Shown here piece after piece: positions 24,588-45,502 of a DNA stretch of 63,499 nucleotides. The notes beneath the pieces were generated by a model. It worked only from the letters and a program-made list of their open reading frames with translations. It did not search any database and had not been told where the DNA came from. Origin of the DNA: Balamuthia mandrillaris (Eukaryota); assembly GCA_031835245.2 (NCBI GenBank), contig JAVKOQ020000085.1, forward strand, positions 124,001-187,499, read 5' to 3'. Both the position numbers and the translations under genes were made by a program. The first letter of the stretch is position 1, and every line of letters starts with the position of its first letter.

Positions 24588-25549
24588 CAAGTCACGTACA
24601 AGTTGGCGTCCTGCAGCGTAAGGCCATATCGTTCTGCTACAATGGGCGGCATTTCTTCTTTCGCTTCGTGGAAGAGCTTGCAGGACTGATTGATAGTACT
24701 CAGCATTTTCTTGACAGCATCGAGCTTCTGTTCTAAGATGGGCAGGCGGGAAGCCATCATAAAGCATGGCCATGGCGTAGTTATTTCTCCTATCCTTCTC
24801 ACTTCCTACATCCGTTTGTGTAATGTTTAGCAAATAAATTCATTTTGCTGAATGAGGCAAGCAGTACTAACCCCTTTGTCATGGAAAGGTTTTGTGGTAA
24901 ATGTTTCCCACATGAAAGCAGCAGTAGAGCCATCATTAACGCTCGCCCTCAAGCCTTCGCTGTGTTAGTAAAGGAGAGGAGAAGAGTAGAGAAGAGAACG
25001 ATGAAGAGGGAGGGAGAGCAGCGAGACGGCACGCACTAGTAAAGTCTCCTTTAACTTCAAAAGCAAGGTCGGTGCGAGGGTGCCAACCACGTTCCATGGC
25101 CAACACAAAGGTCATCAGATGAGAGCCGCTGGAGTAACGGCTGATACCCCACTTCTGGCCTTTGAGGTCCTCCACCGAGTTAAAGGGAGAGTTTTGGCCA
25201 GTGCTGATGGCCCAACACAGGGGAGACTGCACGTACGTCCCAATCAACCGCACATCCGAACCTTTGCAAATGTCTACATGTGGAAGGAAGAGGAAGGATC
25301 AGTGTGTTGGGAACTGGACAAGGAGCCCAAGATAAAAATAGAATAGTGACCAGCAACAAGTCCCTCTGTCAGTGCGACAATGATGTCAACTTCTCCTTCT
25401 TTCAGGTTCTGAAGCATAGCGCCGGTGCCCAGCTTTTGTTCCACGAACTCCACGTTGACGCCATTCTTTTGGAACAGGTTCTGCTCCAAGGCCAAGTGCC
25501 ACGGCAGGTTAAAGTGCTCCGGTACGCCACCCACCCTCAGTGTTTCCAT
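23121..25549 (-). CDS. Fusion protein: SsuA/THI5-like type 2 periplasmic-binding domain (Ca3427-like) plus class I SAM-dependent methyltransferase
   Basis: N-terminal LRVGGVPEHFNLPW, GTGAM, LTEGLVA, GISRYSSGSHLM, FMWETFTTKP, GEITTPWPCF; C-terminal DQHHYHG, VVNIGSGLGGPARY, GDFL, LKPGG; joined in frame across intron 24309-24244. Confidence 0.8.
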
Positions 25550-25736
25550 CCTTCCTCCCTCCTCCTCCGCCAAGTTGTTTTTTTGGTGACGTCAAAGTAC
25601 GCGCGGGAGGGGGGATGCGAGTAGCGGCGCGTGTCTCACGAGAGAGTTTTTCACTTCACCAAAAAAACATGTGCAGAAAACAGGAGGGAAAGCTAGCTAA
25701 ATTTCTTTGAGTTGATGCAAGATCGATCATTCCAGG

Positions 25737-25750
25737 TTTTCCCGCCAAAA
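25737..25750 (+). promoter_or_regulatory. E2F/DP-type site TTTTCCCGCCAAAA upstream of MCM4
   Basis: Matches the TTTSSCGC consensus about 100 bp upstream of the MCM4 ATG. Confidence 0.6.
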
Positions 25751-25847
25751 AACCTGCCAACTGGGTGCAAAAGAAAACACAAACAAAAGGGGGTTACGGT
25801 ACGCCTCCCTTTGTGTTTGGTGCGCAGTAGTATATCTCTCTTTCAAG

Positions 25848-28720
25848 ATGGACTCTCCGCCGAGCTCTCCTTTAAGTTTTTCCTCTGGTTTGAATGCTTT
25901 CCTATTTATTTCTTTTCATTTTCGATGGTCTGACTGGGCTTTTCTTTCTCTGTTCTTGACAAAAAACAACGAATAAAAGGGTTATCTTCTCCTCTAGAGT
26001 TTCCTGATTCGCCTCCCTTGGGAAGGAGGTTTGATCCTCTCAGTACTCTGGAAGGAGCAAGAGATCTGTTGAGTGCCGATGCCGCCTCCATAGCTAATGG
26101 CGCCAACTTTAGCGCCCCCTCAAAAGACACATACTCACAAACACTCGGCCAAACTCTCATCTGGGGTACTACCGTCAATGTGGCTACCTGCCAAAGTCAG
26201 TTCGAAGAGTTCTTCCTGGAGTACAGAGAGGAACAAGACCAAGGAGACGAGTCTCTCTACATGCAACTCCTTCGCAAGGCCAAAGACACTGAGAACCCCA
26301 ACCTCAACATAGACTGCGCCCACCTTCACGCCTACAACCGTGAGCTCTACAGGCAGCTGGTGTTGTACCCGCAGGAAGTCATTCCATTGTTTGACTGCGT
26401 CGTTCATAAGCTCCTTCGTGAAATGTACGAGGAAGAAGGCCTTCCTTTGGAGGGCATTGAGCAAGTGCAAGTGAGTTTACTTCTACCTCTTTCCTGTTGT
26501 TTGCAATTCCGTACTGACTTGGCCAAAGGTCAGAACGTTTAACTTGCAGGAAACGAAACCCATGCGCTCCCTCAACCCAACAGACATAGACACTCTGATC
26601 TCTGTGCAAGGCATGGTCACACGCTCGAGCGCCATAATGCCCGACATGAAAGAGGGCTTCTTTCGGTGCATGCTCTGCAGCAATACCACCACCGTTCACA
26701 TCGACCGTGGAAGGCTGAACGAACCAACCTTTTGCAACAATTGTCACGCCACACACACGATGCAACTCATCCACAACCGCTGCATCTTTGCTGATAAGCA
26801 AATCACTAAACTTCAAGAAACACCAGGTAACTTCTCTCTCTCTCTCTCTCTCTCTCGCTATTTCTGGTCATTGCTTATGACCATCTTGCAAATAGAATCC
26901 ATACCTGAAGGAGAGACTCCGCATACCGTCAACCTGTATGTTTATGATAGTTTAGTGGATGTTGGAAAACCCGGAGATAGGGTTGTAGTTACTGGTATTT
27001 ATCGTGCTTGTCCCATTCGTACGAACTCTCGGCAGCGAGGCGTACGTTCCATTTACCGAACATGTATGTTATTTTTTCTTTCGTTGTTAAAGTAGCCTCT
27101 GGTCTTACTATGCTTTGCTCTTGTTGCTTACTTTGTTCCCAACAGACTTGGACGTTATTCATTTCAAGAAAATGGAGCAAAACAGAGTGGGTGTCGAAGA
27201 TATTCGCTCTGACGAGCAGACAACGCCTTTTGATGAAAGCGCCATTGTGGATGCTCGCATCAGAGAAAAGAGGAAAAAGTTGTTGGAGCTGGCTGCTTTG
27301 CCTGACATTTATGAACGTCTAGCTAAGTCTATAGGTTTGTTTTAAGCTTTTCTTCTTTAGAGAGAATGTTTGTACAAAAGAGAAGGCTAACCTTAGGTGT
27401 GAACTACAGCACCAAGCATATGGGAAATGGATGACGTGAAGAAAGGAATACTGTGCCAACTGTTTGGCGGTACAACGAAGAAGTTCACATCGGCTGCGGC
27501 GCCACGATGCAGAGGAGAAATCAACATCCTTCTCTGCGGTGATCCTGGTACGAGTAAGTCGCAGTTGCTCAGTTATGTACATAAGATAGCGCCTCGCGGG
27601 ATCTATACCTCTGGCAAAGGAAGCAGCGCCGTCGGTCTAACGGCCTACATAACAAAGGACCCTGACACCAAGCAAACGGTGCTGGAAAGCGGTGCTCTCG
27701 TGCTGAGCGATAGGGGAGTGTGCTGCATTGATGAATTTGACAAAATGTCGGATCAGACGCGGTCCGTCCTGCACGAGGCGATGGAGCAGCAGACCGTATC
27801 CGTGGCCAAGGCCGGTATCATCTGCACGTTGAACGCACGGACGTCCATCCTGGCCTCCGCCAATCCCAAAGAGAGCAGGTACAACCCGCGCCTCTCCGTG
27901 GTGGCCAACCTGCAGCTGCCTCCCACTTTGATATCCCGCTTTGACCTCATCTTCCTGGTGCTTGACAAGCCCAACCGAGAGACAGACGCTCGTCTGGCCC
28001 GTCACATCGTATCCCTATACACAAGGGAACACAAGACCCACCAGGATGTCATAGACCCTGAAACCTTGCGTGACTATATTGCCTATGCTCGCAGCAAGGT
28101 TCATCCAGTCATCTCGGAGGAGGCAGGCGATGCCATGGCCAGGCAGTACGTTCGCATGCGTAAGCACCACGAGGGCAACCGTAGGAGAACCATCACAGCC
28201 ACAACCCGTCAGCTCGAGAGTCTGATCCGTCTGGCGGAGGCCCACGCCCGCATTCGCTTCAGCCCCACAGTGGAGGTTCAGGACGTGGAGGAGGCCACTC
28301 GTCTCATTCAGGTGGCCCTCCAACAGGCCGCCATGGATCCCCGCACAGGTACCATTGACATGGATCTCATCACCACCGGTCGCAGTGCCACCGCCAGGGA
28401 GCGACTGGATCTCCTCCGCCAGGAAGTTTACAATCTTCTCAAAAGGCAGGCTGCTCCTTCTAAAGACTCCAAGTTCAGTGCTCTCCTTGAGCGGATGCGT
28501 GAACAGAGTTCCGTGGTTCGGTTTCCTTTCCCTTTTTTTTTTAAAAGTCTTTCTTTCTTTTCTTTTCTTGGAGATAAGAAGCAAACGAAAAAGTAACGTA
28601 AATGTGATGCAGGAAATACCACACTCGGAGCTTAGAGAGGTGTTGGAGCAACTGGTGGCAGAAGGCATGCTTCGGGTGTTTGGAGACCATTCCAACCCTT
28701 CTTACTCTCTTATCTCTTAA
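25848..28720 (+). CDS. MCM4: DNA replication licensing factor MCM4
   Basis: IWGTTVNV, zinc finger CMLC...CNNC, GDPGTSKSQ, IDEFDKM, SRFD, MDPRTGTIDMDLITTG (MCM4-type C-terminus). Confidence 0.93.
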
Positions 28721-28875
28721 ATTGTGCGATGTTCCTCTCCGTCATCATATGGTTGGGTGGCATGGAGCCACTCTTCCCATCAATAAAATCCATCAGCAAT
28801 TTTGAAAATAATAAATAAATTTTGAACGATGAATGAGCAAAGAGGAGGGAGCAAGGGAAAAGAGAAGAGGTTCGA

Positions 28876-31489
28876 CTATGTCTGCCTGACGGGGGCATGG
28901 TGGCGGAACCAATCCAAGCTTTGGTTGAGACGCTTACGTATGTAGGCATCGCGTACTTCCTTATTACGAACAAGCATGGGGGTTGCTCTCTTCACCATGT
29001 TCAAGTCGGGATCCAGCTGACGACCAATGCCTTCTATGACCACCGTACCTACCACCTGCAAAGTAATTGGCATGGGCGTTGCGTTTAAATAAGTTTGTGT
29101 GAAAGGAAAAACGGAAGGTAGAGTGTGTGGGCTATTGCGCACCAAAGTGGTAAAGTTGGCTTCGATGATGACTTTGTGTTTTCTGGCGAGGGCAAGCACC
29201 GAGTAAAACACTCTGCTCATTTGTACTTCGGCAAGGCCACGGTGGCTTACCTCATCGATGATGGTAGACATTTCTTTGGCGAAATTCTCTGCAAAAAAAA
29301 CAAGAAAATGAGAAATGGTACCCACTCGCAAGACTACACAAAATGCTTGAAACGCACCAACGGACACGGAGGTGAGTTGCTCTTGACCTTGAGCTATGAG
29401 TTTGGCTGCCTTGTTGCTTTCACCCTGCGACACGGCGTTAAACAGAGCAATGAGGTTGCGTCTATCGTGAGGCAACAAGGTAGTAGTCAGCCCTGCATCC
29501 AAAAACACGAGTTGTGGGTCTCTATTGTGCTTCCGTCCGTCATCCACCAAAATGTTGCCTTGGGATAGTATATCAATATTTTCGCAACAAAGGAAGGAGA
29601 GAAGAGAGAACGGTACATACCAGGATGGAGATCCGCATGGATGAAATTGTCGACAAGCATCATCTTCAAAAAAGCATCTAGGCAGTCATTGCAAAGTAAT
29701 GGGGGTAAGGCGGAGACGAACAAAAAAGGATAGATAAAAAGTGCAAAATGTTTACCCATGCTAACTCGGGCGATTGTGCGTCGAACCTCAACTGGCACAT
29801 CGTCACCGGTATAATTACTGATGTGTCTTCCTTCCTCAAATGACTCAACGAGGATAAGCGGGTGACAGTATTGTAAAACGGGTTTCGGGAAGCGGACATT
29901 GGGAGCATCTTTAAAGTTTTTAGTGAAGGTGACTAGGTTTTGGGCTTCCACCCGTAAGTCACATTGAGCTTCCATACGAGATGAAAAGTTTTCCAAATTG
30001 TCCTGCAACTGAAGCCACTGAAGAGATATCAAACGTTCTGTCTGTTACATGACGTACTCGTGGTCAGCTCCATCAACAACTACAAAAGAGTGATTGTTTC
30101 TCGTTCAAAAAGAAAAGAAAAGAGACATACCATCGCAACAACAAAGCTAAGTATCTTCAAGTCACGAATGATATGGGCTTTCACGTTGGGGTGGGTAACC
30201 TTCACTGCCACTCTCTCTGTAGGTGTAAAGCTTTCAGTGGAAAGCGCACATTTTTTTTTGAAGAGGAAAGATAGGCTTACGAAATGAAGAGTTTCCATAT
30301 TTGTAGGGTTCTTTAAGGACAGCCTCATACACTTGAGCGATGGCGCCAGAGGCAATTGGCTTAGTGGAGAAGCTCTCGAAGATGTCGGAGATTTCCATAC
30401 CGTAAGCTTTCCGTATTTGACCTTGACCATTGAAGCAAGATTGCGCGTAAATGGTAAATGATGCAATGCAATCAAAGAAAGAAGAACGTACGAATGGTGT
30501 GGTTAAAGGAGTGGGCGGGAGCGTCATCACGAAGATGAGAAAGATGGTTACAGAGGTGATCTGGGAGGATATCCCTTCTTGTTGATAACCATTGCCCCAA
30601 CTTGTATTACATAACGTTTTAGCAAAGGAGAGAGAGAGAGAGACAGAGAAGAATGTAGCAAAGAAATACCTTGATGAGACAAGGACCAGAACGGCTCAAG
30701 GTCCATCCAAGGAAGCGATACCAAAGGTCGGTGCCGTAAGAAGGAAACAGCTTGACACAGAAAGGATAGGTTATCATCAAAGGCATGAACCGAATGCACA
30801 GCTCTACAGTCCTAAGCACTAAAAAGAAGGACTCCAGACTACAAGCAATGGCAGCAAGTGAAAGTTAGTGAGGCAAAGTGAAAACACACAAGCAAAGAGA
30901 TACGTACAGCGCAGAAAAGAAAGAACGGGTCTTCTCCTCTTGCACTATACATTCAGGATGGACCAGGGCCAAGGTTGCATCTTCTTCTTGGGCTTGGATG
31001 TTGAAGAACAAAGATAGGTCAGGGGGTAAGGTTTCCACGCTGTCCGCTTTGACAGTCTGCCAGAAGGACTGCTGGCATGGTAAGAACGAGGCCATGAATA
31101 ATGGCATCTTAAGCCGCTGGAGTTTTTATGAGCGCAAAGAGCAAAGAATTGTTTAGTGCCAGTGAACCTAAAAGCGAAAAAGGGGAAAGAACCTGAGAGA
31201 GAGTAGGAATAGGACGAGTGGTTTTGGTGGCGGAAGAGAGAAGGCCCTCTCTTCCTTTGGCCCCGCTGCTGACAAAGCGGGAGCGAAGATAGTGCAGCCA
31301 TTGGTTGTGCTGCAATCTAATGGCAGCAGAGGAAAGGGAGTGAAAAGAACGAGGGCAGGAAGAAGTGGAAGATGAAGAGCGAAAGCCACTAAAGAGGGGA
31401 GAAGTGGAAAATGAGCTGCGGCAACGTGGCCGCAGCGTTGAAAGTGGAGAACTGCCAAACGGACGGCGCGAAATAGAGAGAGGGGCCAT
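28876..31489 (-). CDS. ABC1/aarF atypical kinase (ADCK2-like), probably mitochondrial
   Basis: GPCLIKLGQWLSTRRD, PIASGAIAQVY, VAVKVTHP, NFIHADLHPGNIL, FLDAGL, IEGIGRQLDP; Arg/Ser-rich presequence. Confidence 0.87.
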
Positions 31490-32283
31490 TGGGGCGGAAC
31501 GCCTCGCCACGAACTGAAGTACCAACCCCGAATGATGATGTTGTTGGTGGCCCTAAAAATAGAGGAAGAAGAAAGTGAGTGATGACAGAATGAGAGAAGG
31601 ATCTATGAGTAAGGAACACGCGTACCAAAGAGCTTGTGGCCACACTACTAGCTCGACGCTGCATCATAGAAAGAAGTGAGATTATGGAGCTGATTGGATC
31701 TTTATCGCCGCATACACCCTGGCAAAGCAGGTATAGGTTCTAGAAGTCTGATAAGCAGTGAGCAGCGGATCGGAGTGGCTGGCAGTTCGTTGAGGTCCTT
31801 TTGTTAACAAAACAAAAAATATAGGATGGAGCGGGTAGGGGAGGGGTGCGGCCAGTGGCTGTGGTGGTGGCAGTAAACGCACTGACAGAGGCGGGGTGGA
31901 AGCGTGGTGCGTGACCTCTTCTCCGTTGCTCCTTGTTTTTATTTTTATTTTGTTCTTCGCGTCGACATGAAGCCTGAATACCAGGAAAACCCACATCACT
32001 GTTGGCGAGGGCGGAGGAGGAGGAGGCATCACTGCCGCTGCTGCTGCTGCTGGCCAAACAATAGTTTTTATCTTCTTGCGGAACAACAACAACAACAACA
32101 AACCAGTAGAAAAGGAGATAGGAAGGAGGCTGCCACGCTACTGTAGGTATGTGGGAAAGCAGCCAAAGAAAGGGCTGTGCGGGGTGCGGTGACTGCAAGT
32201 CAAGACACTTCCACACTGGTTATGTACAAAGGCATCCAAGAGCCCCTTCTCTTCTCTTCAGCTGGCTGCTTTAGACCCTAGCC

Positions 32284-32946
32284 TCACTTGGTGGCCTCCG
32301 CATATTTGGCCCGCAGCACCTTGCGGTACTCTGGTGGGTGGGGTGAGTGGAGAGGCGCGAAACAGGATTAAAGCGAGGAGAGAGAGCAAGCATGATGGCC
32401 CAAAAAAACGTACCTTCTTGGTCATCCCAGAGGGTGGCCGCTGTGCCGTTGAGGGGGCTGTCATTGTTGGGCTCTCCCAAGAGGCTTTGAATGGAGAGCA
32501 GTATGGTGCTGACATTGTAAATGGCGGACCACTTCTCCTTCAAAATGTCGAGACAGATGTTGCCGTACTGGTCCACGTTGGGATGGAAGCAAGGCGTAAC
32601 GAACTTGACGGTGGGGGCTGAGTAAGGGTAGTCGGCGGGGAAGCTGAGGCTTAGCTTGTAGGTGAGTCCCTCATAGACGGTTCCCTCCGCTCCGGTTATG
32701 GTTCCTATCCAGTTCATAAAGTTGCCTTGGTCAGGGAAGGCCGAGATACCAGCAGTAGGTTTCATCATCAGGGACATCAACTCCGACTGAAGCCTGTGAG
32801 CACGTAACGAAAGAGGAGGAAGAAGATAGATGAGCATATATGAGGTGGTGTTGATGTGAGTTGTTCCATTACCTCTTGGTGACGGAACCATCCTTGCTGG
32901 AAGCCAGTGCGTTGCCTCTGGGCATGCGTGCAGCGGTAGCCATCAT
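32284..32946 (-). CDS. UBE2C: Ubiquitin-conjugating enzyme E2 C (UbcH10, APC/C E2)
   Basis: [61 protein letters not shown]. Confidence 0.92.
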
Positions 32947-33105
32947 TATATTCGTTGGAAAAGAAAGCTTACAGGGGGGTAGTGTGTAGGGTGTGCTGTG
33001 GTTATGGAGCTGCAAAGAAAAGATCCATCAGGAAGCGGCCAGCAGTTCCCCCTTTAAAAACCTGTGATGGGGGGTGGGGGTGGGCTCTAACGGTCAAGCA
33101 ACACC

Positions 33106-33117
33106 TTTTGGCGGGAA
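33106..33117 (-). promoter_or_regulatory. E2F-like site TTCCCGCCAAAA upstream of UBE2C
   Basis: Same 12-mer as in the MCM4 promoter and same orientation relative to the gene, ~160 bp upstream of the ATG. Confidence 0.5.
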
Positions 33118-33484
33118 CTACAGCCCTATTCCCCGTTACCTCTCAACATAATAGCATGCTACCCCCCCCTACGGATGAACCTATGAGGAGGCCAAACGCA
33201 CCCGCCGTGCTTTTGCTCCTCGAGGAGGAAGGGGCAGCAGGCAAGTTCCCCCCCAAAAAAACCAAACACGTTGGTGCGAGGGGAGGGCAGGCCGCTGGGA
33301 AGTGCTTCCTTCGCAACCCACCACTGTAGTTCTTTTCTTTCTTTCTTTTTTTTTTTTTTTTGCAAGGGTGCCAGGCCTGCCTTTTGTACATTGCAGCAGG
33401 GGCTGCCCAGCACCTGCCTCTCTCTTTCTCTCCCCGTTGAACCTATACTACCGTCTTATTTTTTTTGGAGGAAGACCTGCCGAT

Positions 33485-39385
<5,901 letters not shown>

Positions 39386-39408
39386 TGAACATCAACTACT
39401 TTTCTTCT

Positions 39409-39449
<41 letters not shown>

Positions 39450-39589
39450 TTACTGTGGTTTTTGCCTGCTGGCGTGCACCGAGTAGTGGTGGAGAAGTGG
39501 TTGGGGGAAAAAAAAGGGGGGTGTTGTTGGGTTACTTGGGTTATTATTAAATAATATTACTGCAAGAAGGAAGAAGACGAGGAGGAAAG

Positions 39590-40920
39590 ATGCTCTACAG
39601 TTTGATCATAACCATCTCTAACAACGGAACGGTTGTCTTTGAGAAAGAATGGGTTAAACTGATAGCTGGGGTATTATTCCGTTTTTTGTTGTGCCTCCTC
39701 TCTTTGATGCGATTTTCAGTCACTGAACAACCCTCTTCTTTTTATTTGTGTGTTTTTGTTTCTCGATTGGGGGTGGGTGCTTCTCTTTCTTTCTCCGTGC
39801 TCCTCCATACCAACAAAACAGAAAACCATTCGTTTTGGGGGGTTGTTGACGACCATGCAAACGCTGGCAAAGCAGGGCATCAACATGACGGTGAGCTACC
39901 TTGAGTTTGAGGAGAGTGAGTATTCTCTTCACATTTTGAGTCTCTCTTTTTGTATCTATCTCCCCACAGCAGTCGTAACCCTCTTCCTTTCCAGTTGCAC
40001 TCAGCGTTGTACAGAATCAGAAGAGCGGCTTATCCTGTGCCCTTTTCCATGAAAAAGAAGACGTCAGTACTGTTTTCCCTACGCTTGTGCTTCCTCACTT
40101 ATCTCCGCGATCAATGAATACAGGGACCAGAGTTTGGTAAGATTATTGCAGGAGCTATTCTCTCCAGTTTCTTACGGGAGTTCCCCGACGAGACATGGAA
40201 TGGCATCAACATTCGCCCTCAGAAGTTTACCGGCTTCACCAACAAGATTGTTGACGCCATCAACAATTCCACCCAAACCATTCTCCAACAACGTAAATGT
40301 TTCTTCTCTCGTTCTCAGTTTTTTTCTCTCTCTCTCTCTCTCTCTCTCTCGCTTCTCAAACAAACACATGTGCATAAACACAGTAAAACAGAAAAGAGGA
40401 CTGCTGAACGCGCTTCTGGTGTTCGATGAAGGACGGCATCCGATCACCGCTGGCAAGCTTGAAGACCATGTTGCTGTAGTGGCTAACCTGCAGGCCCTCC
40501 TCACATTCTCCTCTGAACTGAGTATAATCAATCTCTTGTTCTTGTTCTTCTTCTTGTTCTTCTTGTTCTTCTTGTTCTTCTTCTTGTTCTTCTTCTTCTT
40601 CTTTTTCTTGTTCTTCTTGTTCTTCTTGTTCTTCTTCTTCTTCTTGTTCTTGTTCTTGTTCTTGTTCTTCTTCTTGTTCTTCTTGTTCTTCTTGTTCTTC
40701 TTCTCACTTTTCTCTGGCTCATCGATGCTTCTTTGTTTTATGCAAAGTGGCGGCGAAGCAGGATGCACCACAGGTGGTAACATTGGACATGTCAAAGCAG
40801 GTCGTGTATTTATATAGGTTAAGAGCAAATGCATCCCTTGTTTGTATATGTAGAAAGTCAGTGCGACGCGAAGCCTATCTTGAACACATCCATCTGGCTG
40901 CTACTTTGGTCGAACAAGGT

Positions 40921-40954
<34 letters not shown>

Positions 40955-41032
40955 GTGCTTGAAGCGTCTATCTAACCCCTGCAATTCTCGTTTACAGTGT
41001 TCACGCTGCAACGGAATCTTACTGGTCAATAA
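39590..41032 (+). CDS. Uncharacterised ~245 aa protein, longin-like N-terminus and roadblock/profilin-like C-terminus
   Basis: Seven exons join in frame (MLYSLIITISNNGTVVFEKEW...GGLLTTMQTLA...VSYLEFEE...ALFHEKEDGPEFGKIIAGAILSSF; LNALLVFDEG...VVANLQALL...SLVCICRK); fold call is from secondary-structure pattern only. Confidence 0.6.
40535..40704 (+). repeat. Intronic (TTC)/(TTCTTG) microsatellite
   Basis: Direct observation. Confidence 0.95.
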
Positions 41033-41122
41033 TAACTATCATTTCGTTGTTGTTCCAGTGCGGTTGTATTTATATCTACACCATCATAGTCTGTATGTAC
41101 ACGTAACTCTTCTTGTCGTCAT

Positions 41123-41125
<3 letters not shown>

Positions 41126-41167
<42 letters not shown>
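41126..41167 (+). repeat. (CA)n microsatellite between convergent genes
   Basis: Direct observation. Confidence 0.95.
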
Positions 41168-41169
<2 letters not shown>

Positions 41170-41221
41170 GAATAGGAAAAGAGTAGAGTAGAAAAAAGCG
41201 ATAGGATAAAGGGCAGAGCGT

Positions 41222-42301
41222 TTAACCAACAGCAGCGGATAGGTTGCGACTAGACGGACGAACATTATTGACCAACCAGCGTATGCCCTCCTCTATCCCT
41301 TCCCTTTAGCATTGAGATAGAACGTCAAAAAAGAAGAAAGAGAAGCAGCAGACGGCGATACAAACCCTTGCAAGGCGCATATGGGCTGAAGGTGGTGCTT
41401 TCTGGGATCACCTTGCTCGTCTAGGATGGGCGTAAATAGATCAGCGAGGTGCTGTAGGTTGTGCGCCTCACTTAGGTCCTGTTTGTTCATACAAACCAAT
41501 ATTGGCACATCTTTGTGTAGTGCTTCCTCCTGTAGCACATCCTCTGGTTTTTGTTTCGTGTTTTGATAGCATGAGCGTACAAGAGAGAGAGGAGAGAGCA
41601 GAGAGCAGAGAGGGCAGAAGAAGAAAGAATGAGAGAAAGAGAAGGTGGGAGACAAAACCAAGAACTTGTTGGGCTTCCGCTAACCGCTCGTTGGACTCAG
41701 CAGAATCAACAACAAAGATAACGCCGTTTGTCTCAGCATAGTATTTGTCCCAGATGGAACGCAGCCCCACTTGTCCTCCCAAGTCCCAAAATATTAGTCT
41801 GTTTTGCCCTATCTCGAACCTCCCAACTTTACAAGAGGCGCAGAGAGAAAAGAGAATGCAGGGAGTGCAAGGAAATGGAGATGGGAGAAGATAGAAGGGA
41901 AGCGTAAAGAAGAGACAAGGAGTCAGAGGAGAGAGAGAGAGGTGAGAGAAGAAAAAGGAGGGTGAGTGAAGTGAGGTGGAAGGAGCAGGGGAGTAACCAA
42001 CTGTTGAGACCAACGGTAGGGGCAATACGGTCAGGTGGAAGCGGTTCTTTCTTGTCGCCATACATAACTTTCATGCGCTCCAGCAGGGTCTGTCCAGATC
42101 GCCAGCATTACGTCATGGTAAGCAACGACAACGACAGCAACAAAAGGAGAAGAGGGAGGCAGAGAAGTGTGGGAGAGAAGGAAGCAGCGTGAAGGGGGAG
42201 GTAAGTACGGTCTTGCCAGCATTGTCAAGGCCCACCACTAACACATAGTTCTCCCTTTTGGAAAACATGTACTGGTACAGTCCATAAAACAGGCCGAACA
42301 T
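41222..42301 (-). CDS. ARFRP1: ADP-ribosylation factor-related protein 1
   Basis: MFGLFYGLYQYMFSKRE, GLDNAGKT, IAPTVGLN, FWDLGGQ..LRSIWDKYY, NKQD. Confidence 0.93.
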
Positions 42302-42620
42302 GGCTGGCAGGCAGGCCCAAGCGGCCACTTGGTTGTTCTGAGAAGGATTCCGTAGGAAGAAGACTCCTTCCTTCCTTCCTTGGAGGGCGTTGTGGTGGTG
42401 GTAGTGGTTGCTACCACTGAGGTTAGGAGGCTATTGTTTGTTGTTGCTGCTGCTGCTGTTTGTTGCTGTGCTGCTGGAGAAATGCGTGGAATGTCAGCTA
42501 TGTCCACATGCCAGCAGCGGGAGGGGGAGGGGTGGAGGGGTACCCAAGTTGTTTTCGCTCCTTTAGAAGAGGGCGAAACCAAAAAGCAAGAACCGCTCTA
42601 CTCTCTTCTCTCTCTCTACT

Positions 42621-42653
<33 letters not shown>

Positions 42654-42672
42654 TCAAAAGAATTCCAACAAC

Positions 42673-45460
<2,788 letters not shown>

Positions 45461-45502
45461 CCCCTAACAAAATAAATTAACAAAACCAAAAAACAACTAC
45501 AT

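Noticed and set aside
25778..25823. Possible hairpin upstream of the MCM4 ATG
   Set aside because: Imperfect pairing between low-complexity A/G-rich and C/T-rich arms; not distinguishable from chance by eye
31490..32283. Separate gene between ADCK and UBE2C (ORFs 31682-32216)
   Set aside because: Low-complexity ORFs with no recognisable motif or consistent splice structure; more likely UBE2C 3' UTR plus ADCK promoter
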